64,000 nt of DNA from Candidatus Hydrothermales bacterium (GTDB lineage: Bacteria; Hydrothermota; Hydrothermia; Hydrothermales; JAJRUZ01). Each line of letters begins with the position of its first letter. The first letter of the stretch is position 1. Location: contig JBCNUW010000008.1 of assembly GCA_039630575.1 (NCBI GenBank), positions 1 through 64,000 on the forward strand, written 5' to 3'. The notes beneath the pieces are model-generated. The model saw nothing but the letters and a program-made list of their open reading frames with translations. It was not told the DNA's origin and did not search any database. This document shows, one piece after another, positions 9,500-19,959 of the stretch. Both the position numbers and the translations under genes were made by a program.

Positions 9500-10519
9500 C
9501 TAAATTTTCTTAATTACTTCAACAGCATACTCTATATCGGAGAAATCTACATCCTTGTGAGTTACAAACCTTATTCTCCCTTTTCCGAAAGGAAGTGCCA
9601 AAACATTTTTTTCTTTCATTTTCTTGCAAATTTCCTCTTCATTCCTTTTTACTTTTATTATCAAAATATTTGTCTCTACTTCTTCTAAATCAAGATCTAT
9701 CCACGGTATATTTAATAGTCCCTCGGCAAGTTTTTTTGCCTTTTTATGATCCTCTTCCAGTCTCTCAATCATTTCATTTAAAGCGACTATTCCGCAAGCA
9801 GCAAGAACACCTGCTTGCCTCATTCCTCCTCCAAGCATTTTTCTTATTCTTCTTGCTTTTTCAATGAATTCTTTAGAGGCACATAAAATAGATCCTACTG
9901 GGCAAGATAAACCCTTAGAAAGACAAAACATTAAAGAATTTACATGTCTAGTTATTTCTTTTACATCTATTTTTAAAAAAACAGAGGCATTAAATATTCT
10001 GGCACCGTCGAGATGAATAGGTATATTGTAATAATCAGCTATTTCTCTAACATCTTTTAAATATTGTGGGGTTAAAACCTTACCACCCCAATAGTTATGT
10101 GTATTTTCAAGACAGATTAAAGAGGTACCTGAAACATGAAGACCCTCCTTTCTTATGTTTTTTTTAATCTCATCAGGTTCAATGTAACCCTTATTACTTT
10201 TAAGAGGTCTTGGTAAAACTCTTGAAATTTCAGCAAGGTGTGCTACCTCAAAGTTGTAAATATGGGACATTTCCTCTACAATAACCTCGGATCCTTCTTT
10301 TGTCCAAACTTTAACTGCTATTGCATTACCCATTGTTCCTGATGGAACAAAGAGAGCTGCTTCAAAACCTGTTTTTTGTGCGGCAATTTCTTCAAGTTCT
10401 CTAACTGTAGGATCATCTCCAAGAACGTCATCTCCCAAAGGTGCTTTTAGCATTGCTTCATACATCTTGGGAGTAGGTTTTGTTACAGTATCACTTCTTA
10501 AATCTACAATTTTTTGCAT
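9500..10519 (-). CDS. ltaE: Low-specificity L-threonine aldolase
   Basis: DLRSDTVT, SGTMGN, ENTHN, HLDGAR, CLSKGL, GGGMRQAG. Confidence 0.93.
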   Translation of the reverse strand: MQKIVDLRSDTVTKPTPKMYEAMLKAPLGDDVLGDDPTVRELEEIAAQKTGFEAALFVPSGTMGNAIAVKVWTKEGSEVIVEEMSHIYNFEVAHLAEISRVLPRPLKSNKGYIEPDEIKKNIRKEGLHVSGTSLICLENTHNYWGGKVLTPQYLKDVREIADYYNIPIHLDGARIFNASVFLKIDVKEITRHVNSLMFCLSKGLSCPVGSILCASKEFIEKARRIRKMLGGGMRQAGVLAACGIVALNEMIERLEEDHKKAKKLAEGLLNIPWIDLDLEEVETNILIIKVKRNEEEICKKMKEKNVLALPFGKGRIRFVTHKDVDFSDIEYAVEVIKKI

Positions 10520-10556
10520 ATTTAAAAATGATAAGGTAATCTTTTATTATAAATAA

Positions 10557-11294
10557 ATGAGAATTATATTTCTTGGAACAGCAACAGGAATTCCCCAAAG
10601 AAATAACTATCCAAGTTCAATTTATGTTGAAAGTAACGAAAGCAAGATAGTTTTTGATTTTGGTGAAGGTTTGATTAAAAGTCTTGTTGAAAGGAACATA
10701 GATATAAATGATATAGATGCTGTCTTTTTAACTCATTTTCATGTAGATCATGTTGCTGGAATTGTGCCACTTCTTTTTGCTTTCAGATATGAAGGCAATC
10801 CGAGAAAAAAAACTTTTTACATTATAGGACCTAAGGGAACAGTTAATTTTTTGAAAAAATTATTCAGGATCTTTAAAGGTCAGATTGAGCCTAAAGGTTA
10901 TGAGCTTATAATAAAAGAGTTAGGAACTTATAAGTTTATAAATTTCAAAGGGATTAAGATAAAAACTTTTAAAACAAATCACAAGAAAGAAAGTATCGGT
11001 TATATAATCTATTTAGGTAAAAAAAGAATATGTTATACCGGTGATACAGGTTATGATAGAAATTATAAAAAAATTTTGAGGAAAGTTGATATTTTAATAA
11101 CAGAGTGTTCATTACCAATTGATGTGAAAAATCATTTGAATCCTCAAAAGTTATTAAGATTAATAGAAGACATTAAACCTTCTGAAACTTACTTAGTGCA
11201 TATATATCCTGTTATGAGAAAAAATATGATAATTAAGTATTTAAAAAATAAAAAAATTTTCATACCTAAAAAGTATTACGAGATATCAATTTGA
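10557..11294 (+). CDS. MBL-fold hydrolase, ribonuclease Z-like
   Basis: LGTA..IP, DFGEG, THFHVDH (HxHxDH), YTGDT, ECS, VHIYP. Confidence 0.75.
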   Translation: MRIIFLGTATGIPQRNNYPSSIYVESNESKIVFDFGEGLIKSLVERNIDINDIDAVFLTHFHVDHVAGIVPLLFAFRYEGNPRKKTFYIIGPKGTVNFLKKLFRIFKGQIEPKGYELIIKELGTYKFINFKGIKIKTFKTNHKKESIGYIIYLGKKRICYTGDTGYDRNYKKILRKVDILITECSLPIDVKNHLNPQKLLRLIEDIKPSETYLVHIYPVMRKNMIIKYLKNKKIFIPKKYYEISI

Positions 11295-11320
11295 TTTTTT
11301 TTACTATTTTCCCATATTCT
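11291..11320 (+). promoter_or_regulatory. Putative sigma70 promoter TTGATT-N18-TATTCT, 6 nt before ATG 11327 (leaderless)
   Basis: Hexamer match and spacing; no SD. Confidence 0.5.
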
Positions 11321-11326
11321 TAAAAT

Positions 11327-12175
11327 ATGGAGAAAGCTTTGGAATGTGATTTAAAATACTTTTCACTTAGTGAAATTTTACAATTGTTAGATAGGTTTAA
11401 AAAAACAGGTAAGATAGAGTTAGATATTAAAAATAAAAAGGGTGAAATATATGTTCTTGAAGGTAAATGTATTCATTCAACCTTTGGTAATACTGAGGGA
11501 ATTGATGCTATTTTTGAGATGGCTCAACTTGTTGAAGGAAAATTAACTTTTTATCCTTCATTGATTTCTGAAAAGAAAACAATTTCTGCACCATTTACTG
11601 TTTTAAAAGATGAGGTAGAAAGGAGAACCTTTGAAATAAGAAATCTAAAAGAAAAATTACCTCCTCTTGATACAGTTATGGTAAAGACAGATAAACCTCC
11701 CTCAGAGTTAACCTTAAGGAAAACTGATTGGAAAATTTTAACCCTTATTGATGGAAAAAAGAATTTAAGGGAAGTAATAGAAACAAGTGGTCTTGGTCTT
11801 CTTGAGAGTCTTAAAAGTCTTGCTTATCTGAATGAAAAAGGGTTAATTGTTGATCCAAAAGAAAGTGAAAAGGCAAAAGTTAGTCTTGTTAAGTTTCTAA
11901 ATGAGTGGTTAAAGGAATTATCAGGGGATGTAGAGACAGAGATTAAAAAATACAGTGAATTTATAATTGAAAATCTAAAAAAAGTAAACCCTTCTTTAGG
12001 AAATTTAGTTAATTTTAAAAAAGAATTTAATCTACCTGAAAGTTTAAATCTTTCTCTTAGAGATGTTGAAGAAATTAAAAGGTCTTTAGAAGAAATTTTT
12101 AAATTAAAGTTGGAGGAAATTTTTGGTAAAATATTAGCAGAAAAAAAGATTGAGATCTTGAAGAAAAAATTATGA
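11327..12175 (+). CDS. DUF4388 (PATAN-like) domain protein with winged-helix segment and C-terminal helical domain
   Basis: L.cdL..FSL.EILQLL...KKTG.I......GEIY..EG..IHS pattern; WKILTLIDGKKNLREV. Confidence 0.75.
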   Translation: MEKALECDLKYFSLSEILQLLDRFKKTGKIELDIKNKKGEIYVLEGKCIHSTFGNTEGIDAIFEMAQLVEGKLTFYPSLISEKKTISAPFTVLKDEVERRTFEIRNLKEKLPPLDTVMVKTDKPPSELTLRKTDWKILTLIDGKKNLREVIETSGLGLLESLKSLAYLNEKGLIVDPKESEKAKVSLVKFLNEWLKELSGDVETEIKKYSEFIIENLKKVNPSLGNLVNFKKEFNLPESLNLSLRDVEEIKRSLEEIFKLKLEEIFGKILAEKKIEILKKKL

Positions 12176-12882
12176 AAGGGTTAATAGAGAAATTAAAGAG
12201 TGAATTTAGTAATATTGAGGGAATAGTTTTATGTGATTTGATTAAAGATGAAGTATTAGAAAAAGAAGGAAGAATAGAGCTTTTTGAAGAAGGTATACTT
12301 CTAATAGGCTCAACTACAAAACTTACTTTGGAAAAAAATATAGGTAAAGATAAATTTGATTTGATAGAGATTGAACTAAAAACAGGAGAAATAATTAATC
12401 TTTTTATGAAAGAAAATATTCTTGCAGGAGTCATTGGAGAGAGGATTGATAAAGATAAAGTAAAAAAAATTTTAATGGAGTTTAAACCTCTTGAAGTTAA
12501 AGAGGAGGTCGAGGAAATAAAAGTGGAAAAAGAGGAGGTAAAAGAATATATACCTACTCCTGAAGAAAAATTGGCTATTAACAAGATAGAGCAGATTAAT
12601 GAGCTTGTAAAAGAGTTTGCACCAGGTGATGAGGAAAGGTGGTTAAAGGTCTCTTTAGCTAAAATAAAAGATTCCTCTCCTGAGCTTGCAGAATTAATTT
12701 CATTAGGGGAGAAGGAGCTTAAGATAGATTTACCATTTAAGGTGAAGTTAAACGAGGATGAAATAAATAAAGCTTTTAGAACTTCAATTGATATTATATG
12801 GAAAATGGCTGTTTCAAAATACGGCATCGATGAGGCAAGAAAAAAGGTGAAAAAAGTTGCTGAAAAATTAAAATTAATATAA
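12172..12882 (+). CDS. Hypothetical protein, possible roadblock/LC7-like N-domain plus helical C-domain
   Basis: N-terminal LIEKLKSEFSNIEGIVLCD resembles roadblock starts; 4-bp overlap with upstream gene. Confidence 0.5.
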   Translation: MKGLIEKLKSEFSNIEGIVLCDLIKDEVLEKEGRIELFEEGILLIGSTTKLTLEKNIGKDKFDLIEIELKTGEIINLFMKENILAGVIGERIDKDKVKKILMEFKPLEVKEEVEEIKVEKEEVKEYIPTPEEKLAINKIEQINELVKEFAPGDEERWLKVSLAKIKDSSPELAELISLGEKELKIDLPFKVKLNEDEINKAFRTSIDIIWKMAVSKYGIDEARKKVKKVAEKLKLI

Positions 12883-13496
12883 TGGAAAATTTAAAATTTG
12901 CAACAATTTTTGAAAGAGGAAATTTAACAGTAGTTAAAGGAGATATAAAAGAGGAGTATAAAAGAATTATAATAGCTCTCAAGGAAGCCTGGGATTTTTC
13001 AGGACTTCCTATTGATACTCTTAAAGTTTTTTTTAATGGAGAAATTCTTGTATTTATAAGAAAAAAAGGAGAAAAAATATTAGTTCTTCTTGGTGAATCA
13101 TCAATAGATATTGAAAAAGTAGAAAAAGAACTTGAGGAAAAATTAAAAGAATTAATCAAAGAGGAAAAAATTGAAGAGGTTAAGGTAGAAGAAAAAGTAG
13201 AGCCTAAAAAGGAAAAAGTTTTAAAGGAGGCAGTTGAGAAAAAGGAAGAAGTTGTTGAAAAAACAGTTGATGAGGTTATTTTTGACAAAGTTTTTGAGAT
13301 AACAGTAAAGCATCTTTCAGCCTTTGGCGAGATGGTATTTGAAAATGTTTTAAAGGAAATGAAAATAGACAAAAAAAGCTGTACACAGAGAATTTTTAAA
13401 AGATTTGTGAAGAAAATTGAAGAATCAGCTCAAATGATTGTAGGACCATCAAAGGCTAGAGAGATGTCGAGCGAAATTTTAAAGCTCTTAGAATGA
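12882..13496 (+). CDS. Hypothetical protein, degenerate roadblock-like N-domain, E/K linker, helical C-domain
   Basis: Translationally coupled ORF; C-terminal KHLSAFGEMVFENVLKEM...IVGPSKA. Confidence 0.5.
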   Translation: MENLKFATIFERGNLTVVKGDIKEEYKRIIIALKEAWDFSGLPIDTLKVFFNGEILVFIRKKGEKILVLLGESSIDIEKVEKELEEKLKELIKEEKIEEVKVEEKVEPKKEKVLKEAVEKKEEVVEKTVDEVIFDKVFEITVKHLSAFGEMVFENVLKEMKIDKKSCTQRIFKRFVKKIEESAQMIVGPSKAREMSSEILKLLE

Positions 13497-14491
13497 AAAT
13501 TTTAAATCCGGTTTTGACTCAAGAAGATATTTCGTTAAATGAGCTTTTAAGACCAAATAGATTGAAAGAATTTATTGGAAAAGATAAGATAAAGGAGAAT
13601 TTGGGAGTTTTTATTCAGGCTGCAAAAAAAAGGAAGGAACCTTTAGATCATGTAATATTTACTGGCCCTCCCGGACTAGGCAAGACAACACTTTCTTATA
13701 TAATTGCAAATGAGATGGAAAGCAACATAAAGGCTCTTTCAGGACCTGTAATTGAGAAACCTTTTGATCTTGCATCTATTTTAACGAATTTAAAAAAGGG
13801 AGATATCTTGTTTATAGATGAAATTCACAGATTACCAAGAAATGTTGAAGAATACCTTTATTCTGCTATGGAGAATTTTGAAATAGAAATAATTGTAGAT
13901 AAAGGACCACATGCAAAATCAATAAAAATTAAAATACCACCTTTTACACTTGTGGGAGCAACAACAAGAATGGGACTTTTAACAGGACCTTTACAATCAA
14001 GATTTGGAATTCATGTAAGAATTGATTATTATGATATTCATGAATTAAAGGAAATTGTGAAAAGATCAAGTAGAATTTTAAATTTAAAAATTGAGGATGA
14101 TGCAGCATATGAAATTGCAAAAAGGGGAAGAGGTACACCAAGAATAGTAAATAGACTATTAAAGAGAGTTAGAGATTTTGCAGATTATAAGTCAAAGAAC
14201 AAAATTGATCTTGAGATTACTAAATTTGCTCTTGAGAAACTTGAGGTGGATGAGCTTGGTCTAAATGAAATGGATAAGAAAATTCTTTATTTAATATATG
14301 AAAAATTTAACGGTGGTCCAGTTGGACTTAAAACACTATCATTGGCAGTTGGAGAGGATACAGGAACAATTGAAGAGGTATATGAGCCTTATCTTCTAAG
14401 AGAGGGTCTCATTGAAAGGACACCCCGAGGAAGAAAGATAACGCCAAGAGCGATAAAACATCTTAATATAATTGAAAAAACTCTTTTTTAA
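13493..14491 (+). CDS. ruvB: Holliday junction branch migration helicase
   Basis: [51 protein letters not shown]. Confidence 0.98.
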   Translation: MKILNPVLTQEDISLNELLRPNRLKEFIGKDKIKENLGVFIQAAKKRKEPLDHVIFTGPPGLGKTTLSYIIANEMESNIKALSGPVIEKPFDLASILTNLKKGDILFIDEIHRLPRNVEEYLYSAMENFEIEIIVDKGPHAKSIKIKIPPFTLVGATTRMGLLTGPLQSRFGIHVRIDYYDIHELKEIVKRSSRILNLKIEDDAAYEIAKRGRGTPRIVNRLLKRVRDFADYKSKNKIDLEITKFALEKLEVDELGLNEMDKKILYLIYEKFNGGPVGLKTLSLAVGEDTGTIEEVYEPYLLREGLIERTPRGRKITPRAIKHLNIIEKTLF

Positions 14492-14496
14492 AATAT

Positions 14497-16173
14497 ATGA
14501 AAGAAAAAATTTCAAAAAGACTTTTTTATGGATTTAGGACAAAACTCTTTCTATTTTTTTTTCCTTACACCTTTGCTATTATAATTTCTTTTGCTCTTTT
14601 TTTCTTAATTTATATGAGAAATACACTAAGAAATAGCATACTAAAATCAACAGATTCTCTTTTCAATATTGCAAGCGACAGAATAAGACAGGCTATTTTC
14701 TTTGAAGATTCATTACTTATAAGAGATTTATTAAGAGATTTTTTAAAAAATGAGAACATTTTATATATTGCAGTTTATTCTGGGGATACCTTGAAAAAAT
14801 TTTACGAATTTGGAAATGAACCGAAAAGGACTCATATAGAAGGTTCCCCCTATGTTGATTGTTACTCTTGTCATGGAAAAGAAGAAAAAAATATATTTGA
14901 AGAAACAGTCAATTATTTTGATATAACTTTTCCAATAATTATATCGGATAAACCTATACCTATAGGGTTTTTAAGAGTTATACATAGTAAAAAAGAAATT
15001 ATTGAACTTCAAAGAAGATCAGGTTTTACAGTTTTAATTTTTTCAGTTATATTTTTTATTTTAGGAGGAGTAATTTCCTTTTTACTATCAACTTTACTTA
15101 TTAATCCTATAAATATTTTTAAAAATAAATTAAGAGAAATTGCTGAAGGAGAGGCAGATTTAACCAGAAAGATTAAACTAAATGGAAGAGATGAGTTTTG
15201 TGAAATGGGAATATTTTTTAATGAATTTTTAGAAAAATTAAGAATTAATGTGTCAAAAACTTTAGAAACATCTGAAAAAATAAAGGCTTTTTCTGAAGAT
15301 ATTTCAAGTGCAACAGAGGAATTAACTGCTTCATCTAATGAAGTAACCGGTACAGTTCAAAAAATGGCTTCCTTAGCCTCTGAGACTGCTTCAAGTGTTA
15401 TAGATGCTTCAAAGTCTGTAAGAGAAATATTAGAGCTTTCCCTATCAACTTCAGAGGAATCAAAAGAGATGGAAAATCTTGAAAGAGAAGCTCTTACATT
15501 TGCAATAAAAGGAAGAGAGATTTCTGAGGTTGTAATGCAAAAATTATCTGAAATGCAAAATGACATCTTATCATTAAAGACAAATATCGAAACCCTTTCT
15601 CAGATGCTAAGGGGAATAAGAGAAATAACAGAGAGTATTCAAGTATTTATGAAAAGAACTAACCTTTTGTCTTTAAATGCCTATATAGAAGCAGCAAGAG
15701 CAGGAGAATACGGAAAGGGTTTTGCAATTGTAGCACAGGAGATAAGAAAACTCTCAGAAGATTCAAGAAGCTCTTCAATCAAGATACAAGAAATTGTAGA
15801 GAATATAAATCAGGGTATGCAGGAAACCTTAGTTGCAATGAAAAAGGTAAACGATTCACTTTTAAGTTCAAAAGAGATTATTTTTGAAACTGTTTCTCAA
15901 ATGAAAAAAATTGCTGATCAAACTGAAGAGACAATGGATCGCACCAGTAAAATTGCAAAACTTTCACACAAAGAAAGGGAAGAAATTGAAAAGCTGGCAA
16001 GATTTATGGATAGAGTGGGTGAGATGGCTGAAAGTGTTTCTGTTTCTTCCCAGCAAATTGCAGCCAGTATGGAGGAACAACTTGCGGCAATGGAAGAGAT
16101 TACAGCAACTGTTTCTGAACTTGGAAAGCTTGGAGATGAACTTAGAGGAATTCTTGGTAAATTTAAGGTTTAA
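14497..16173 (+). CDS. Methyl-accepting chemotaxis protein with periplasmic CxxCH motif
   Basis: Two TM helices, HAMP (DLT..I...GRDEF), signalling tip [37 protein letters not shown] at 14860-14874. Confidence 0.92.
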   Translation: MKEKISKRLFYGFRTKLFLFFFPYTFAIIISFALFFLIYMRNTLRNSILKSTDSLFNIASDRIRQAIFFEDSLLIRDLLRDFLKNENILYIAVYSGDTLKKFYEFGNEPKRTHIEGSPYVDCYSCHGKEEKNIFEETVNYFDITFPIIISDKPIPIGFLRVIHSKKEIIELQRRSGFTVLIFSVIFFILGGVISFLLSTLLINPINIFKNKLREIAEGEADLTRKIKLNGRDEFCEMGIFFNEFLEKLRINVSKTLETSEKIKAFSEDISSATEELTASSNEVTGTVQKMASLASETASSVIDASKSVREILELSLSTSEESKEMENLEREALTFAIKGREISEVVMQKLSEMQNDILSLKTNIETLSQMLRGIREITESIQVFMKRTNLLSLNAYIEAARAGEYGKGFAIVAQEIRKLSEDSRSSSIKIQEIVENINQGMQETLVAMKKVNDSLLSSKEIIFETVSQMKKIADQTEETMDRTSKIAKLSHKEREEIEKLARFMDRVGEMAESVSVSSQQIAASMEEQLAAMEEITATVSELGKLGDELRGILGKFKV

Positions 16174-16738
16174 GGTAATTTTAATTTTTTTGTTAGTTTT
16201 ACTTTCCTGTAAAAGAGGGTTTATAAAGAAATTTTACTTTGAATACTATAACTTTTATACCAATGCTGAATATATAAGTGATAGAGGAGAAAGTGGGTTT
16301 ATTTACTCAGTTAAGGATACTTTAACTCAGGAAGGAGAATTTAAAAAATTTATTTTTCTTGATGAAATTAAGTTTTTAAGAAAAGATAAAAATATTATAT
16401 ATGAATTAAAAAAAGTTGAGTATGGTTTAGAGGATTTTCAGATTGATGAATTTACTATTTTTTTTCTAGATGCTTTCCCGATAAAGGAGGAATTTAAAAG
16501 TTTTATTTTTAAGGAATTCTATCTGCTTGGAAATGATACCCTTTTTTTTTACTTTGAAAGAAAAATAAAAACAGAAGATTTAGAAGATGATGTGAAGGTT
16601 AAGGTAGAAGATATCATGATTAAAAATTTTAAAGGTATTTTTGAAAGAGAGGAGGACTCTATTATTATGTTTCTTGAACCCAAAAATCTTCCTTTAATTA
16701 TAAAAAAGGGAAATAAAATATGGAGGAGAAAAAAATAA
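16154..16738 (+). CDS. Hypothetical lipoprotein
   Basis: Re-called start TTG 16154 after AGAGGA; signal [12 protein letters not shown] lipobox. Confidence 0.55.
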   Translation: MVNLRFKVILIFLLVLLSCKRGFIKKFYFEYYNFYTNAEYISDRGESGFIYSVKDTLTQEGEFKKFIFLDEIKFLRKDKNIIYELKKVEYGLEDFQIDEFTIFFLDAFPIKEEFKSFIFKEFYLLGNDTLFFYFERKIKTEDLEDDVKVKVEDIMIKNFKGIFEREEDSIIMFLEPKNLPLIIKKGNKIWRRKK

Positions 16739-17832
16739 AAAGGACACCTTTATATCAATTTCATATAGAAAATGGAGCAAAGATGGTTCACTTTGCAGGA
16801 TACGAAATGCCGATTCAGTATGAGGGAATTATAAAGGAGGCACTTCATACACGAAGAAGTATATCTATTTTTGATGTTTCTCATATGGGAGAAATTTATG
16901 TAACTGGAGACGATGCTCTTTTATTTTTATCTTTTGTGACTTCCAATGATCCATCGAAGCTAAAGTATGGAAAAGTCCAATATTCGATTTTACTAACAGA
17001 GAAAGGAACTTGTGTTGATGATCTTTTAATATACAATTTGGAGGATAAGTATCTCTGTGTTGTTAATGCTGTAAATAGATTCAAAGACTTTGAATATATG
17101 AAGGAAATGAGTAAAAGTTTTAAAAATGTATATATTGAGGACAAATCAGATGAGATTTTCCAGGTGGCGGTTCAGGGACCAAGATCCCAACCCTTTATGG
17201 AGGAATTTTTTGATAGATCTTTCTCAGGAGTTAAGTATTACAGTTTCATTGAATTAAATTACATGGGAAGTAGATTGATTGTATCAAGAACAGGTTATAC
17301 AGGGGAAGATGGCTTTGAGATATATGGTGATAAAAAGATTGCTATGGATTTTTTAAATGAGTTAATTAAAAGGGGATCGAAATTCAATTTAAAGCCGGCT
17401 GGACTTGGTGCAAGAGATATCTTAAGGCTTGAGATGGGATATCCCCTATACGGTAATGAGTTAACAGAGGATATTACTCCAGTTGAAGCTGGACTTGAAA
17501 AATTTTTAAAAATTGATAAAGAAAGAATTTTAGGAAAGGAAATATTGAAGGAACAGCTTAAAGGAAACATTGAGAAAAAACTCATAGGTATTGCATCTGA
17601 AGAAACTAAGGCTATTCCAAGAAAAGGAACAGAAGTATTTTATAAGGATGAAAAGATTGGTTATGTTACATCAGGTGGTTTTTCCTACTTATTAGACAAA
17701 AATATTGCTTTAACCTATGTAAAAAAGGAATATTTAAATCTTGATAGTTTTACTTTAAAAGTAAGAGATAAAAAAATAGAATATAAAAGGGAAACTCTGC
17801 CTTTTGTAAAAAATACTTCACTTAAAAGATGA
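16720..17832 (+). CDS. gcvT: Glycine cleavage system aminomethyltransferase T
   Basis: RTPLY, FAGYEMP, FDVSHMG, SRTGYTGEDGFE, GLGARDILRLE. Confidence 0.96.
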   Translation: MEEKKIKRTPLYQFHIENGAKMVHFAGYEMPIQYEGIIKEALHTRRSISIFDVSHMGEIYVTGDDALLFLSFVTSNDPSKLKYGKVQYSILLTEKGTCVDDLLIYNLEDKYLCVVNAVNRFKDFEYMKEMSKSFKNVYIEDKSDEIFQVAVQGPRSQPFMEEFFDRSFSGVKYYSFIELNYMGSRLIVSRTGYTGEDGFEIYGDKKIAMDFLNELIKRGSKFNLKPAGLGARDILRLEMGYPLYGNELTEDITPVEAGLEKFLKIDKERILGKEILKEQLKGNIEKKLIGIASEETKAIPRKGTEVFYKDEKIGYVTSGGFSYLLDKNIALTYVKKEYLNLDSFTLKVRDKKIEYKRETLPFVKNTSLKR

Positions 17833-18614
17833 GATTTTTTAAAAAGGATGAAAACATAAGATCTTTGGAGGTATCAATAATAGGTGGACCACTTGCGAGA
17901 TATTCTATTTCAAAAGATCAAGAGATAGAGAAAGATATTAAGTTTGCCTTTATTGAAGTAGAGAATGAAGAAAAACCCTTAATTGTTAAAGTAAGGGGAA
18001 TTTCAAATAGACCATCCAGGTTAAGACTAAAAAAAATTCTTCCCTGTGATGATAAGGAGATAGTTAAACTTTTAAGAAATATAGTATATGGAATCTTGTT
18101 TAATGAGAAAATCAGTGATGTGAGAATTGTAGATATTGAGCTTTATAAAGAAAGAGGATTTGTAAGATTTACTTTTACTGCTGATAAAAGATACGATTTA
18201 TCTAAGATAGCTCCTACAATTGCGAGGAAGTTACATCTCCATACTGAGTTTAGACAAAAGGGTACAAGGGATTACGCACGGGAACTTGGAGGCTTGGGAA
18301 GTTGTGGAAGGATAATTTGCTGTGGTACTTGGCTAAAAGAAATACCCCCAATTACTATTGATATGGCAAGAAAACAATACATTTTTACTGCTCCTGAAAA
18401 TTTAACTGGAATTTGTGGAAGGCTTCTATGCTGTTTGCGTTTTGAACTTAATGTTTATGAGGAATTATCAAAAGGAATGCCAGAGATTGGTAAGGTAGTA
18501 TTTACAGGGAAGGGAAAAGGTAAAGTTTCAGATATTGATGTTTTTAAAAGAGAATTTAAATTAAGCTATGAAGATGGTTCAGAAGAATGGATAAAAATTG
18601 AAGAAAATTTATAA
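17829..18614 (+). CDS. ricT: PSP1/RicT (YaaT) family Fe-S regulatory protein
   Basis: GGLGSCGRIICC and GICGRLLCCL motifs. Confidence 0.8.
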   Translation: MRFFKKDENIRSLEVSIIGGPLARYSISKDQEIEKDIKFAFIEVENEEKPLIVKVRGISNRPSRLRLKKILPCDDKEIVKLLRNIVYGILFNEKISDVRIVDIELYKERGFVRFTFTADKRYDLSKIAPTIARKLHLHTEFRQKGTRDYARELGGLGSCGRIICCGTWLKEIPPITIDMARKQYIFTAPENLTGICGRLLCCLRFELNVYEELSKGMPEIGKVVFTGKGKGKVSDIDVFKREFKLSYEDGSEEWIKIEENL

Positions 18615-18627
18615 AAGGAGGGTAAAA

Positions 18628-19956
18628 ATGGGACCCAAGATAAATAATATGTTGCCAGGAAAAAAGGCAAAAAAATGGTTGAGTAAGGATAAAAAATTTA
18701 TTTCACCCTCTTACACGAGAGTTTATCCTCTTGTGGTAGAAAGGGGTGAAGGAGTTTTTGTTTACGATGTGGATGGTAATAAATTCTTAGATTTTAATGC
18801 TGGAGTCGCTGTTTTGACACTTGGACACTCACATCCCGAAGTTATAGAAATTGCAGTTAATCAGATAAAAAAACTTATTCATTATTCTGGAACAGATTTT
18901 TACTATCCTTCAGAGATAAAGCTTGCTGAAAAACTTGCTGAAATAGCTCCTGGCGCAAAAAATAGAAAGATATTTTTCTCAAATTCGGGAGCAGAATCAG
19001 TGGAAGCAGCGATTAAACTTGCAAGATATTATACAAATAGACCCTATATTGTAGCTTTTTATGGTGGTTTTCATGGAAGAACAATGGGTGCACTGTCTGC
19101 TACAGCCAGTAAAACGATTCATAGAAAAAGATTTTTTACACTCTTCTATGGCACTGTCCATGCCCCTTACCCTTACTGCTTTAGATGTCCTATAAATCTT
19201 AATTATCCTCGTTGTAACTTTGCCTGTATAAAGTTTATTGAAGAAAACATATTTTCAAGGTTAGTAGATCCTGAAGAAGTTGCAGCCTTTATCATTGAAC
19301 CAATTCAAGGTGAAGGTGGGTATATTCCTGCCCCTCCTGGTTATTTCGTAGAATTGAAAAAACTACTCGACAAGTATAACATTTTGTTGATTGTTGATGA
19401 GGTACAGAGTGGAATGGGAAGAACAGGTAAATTTTTTGCAATAGAACACTACGATGTTATTCCAGATATTATAACTCTCGCAAAGGGTATTGCTTCAGGT
19501 TTTCCCCTTGGAGCATCTATTGCAAGAAGTGGCATTATGAATTGGCCTCCAGGTACTCATGCCTCTACCTTTGGAGGAAACCCTGTATCCTGTGAAGTAG
19601 CTTTAAAAGTAATTGAAAAACTTGAAAATGGACTTTTAGATCATGTAAGAACTTTAGGAGAAAAGGCTTTAAATGAAATTTTAAATTGGAAGAATGAATT
19701 TGAAATTGTTGGTGATGTAAGAGGAAAAGGATTAATGATAGGAATCGAAATTGTCTCTGACAAAAAAAATTTAAATAAAGATAAAATTAAAAGAGATAAA
19801 ATAGTTCAGGAATGCTTTAAAGAAGGTCTTTTGATTTTACCTGCAGGTGAAAATGTAGTTAGAATATGTCCCCCTTTAATAATTAATGAAGAGGAAATGT
19901 TTATAGGACTTGAAATATTAAAGAAAGTTATAAAAAGAGTGTCTGAAGAAAAATAG
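18628..19956 (+). CDS. Class III PLP aminotransferase (ornithine/4-aminobutyrate aminotransferase-like)
   Basis: NSGAES, FHGRT, EPIQGEGG, DEVQSGMGRTG, AKG, STFGGNP; start moved to ATG 18628 after AAGGAGG. Confidence 0.9.
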   Translation: MGPKINNMLPGKKAKKWLSKDKKFISPSYTRVYPLVVERGEGVFVYDVDGNKFLDFNAGVAVLTLGHSHPEVIEIAVNQIKKLIHYSGTDFYYPSEIKLAEKLAEIAPGAKNRKIFFSNSGAESVEAAIKLARYYTNRPYIVAFYGGFHGRTMGALSATASKTIHRKRFFTLFYGTVHAPYPYCFRCPINLNYPRCNFACIKFIEENIFSRLVDPEEVAAFIIEPIQGEGGYIPAPPGYFVELKKLLDKYNILLIVDEVQSGMGRTGKFFAIEHYDVIPDIITLAKGIASGFPLGASIARSGIMNWPPGTHASTFGGNPVSCEVALKVIEKLENGLLDHVRTLGEKALNEILNWKNEFEIVGDVRGKGLMIGIEIVSDKKNLNKDKIKRDKIVQECFKEGLLILPAGENVVRICPPLIINEEEMFIGLEILKKVIKRVSEEK

Positions 19957-19959
19957 TGT

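Noticed and set aside
12099..13372. Long antisense ORFs (242 and 192 aa) and similar S/F/L-rich shadow ORFs elsewhere (e.g. 24324, 26730, 44500, 51557)
   Set aside because: Mirror of E/K-rich, purine-biased sense genes; no motifs
15911..16153. N-terminal 81 codons of the 275-aa ORF overlapping the MCP
   Set aside because: Alternate frame of the MCP; SD plus TTG and lipobox indicate a start at 16154
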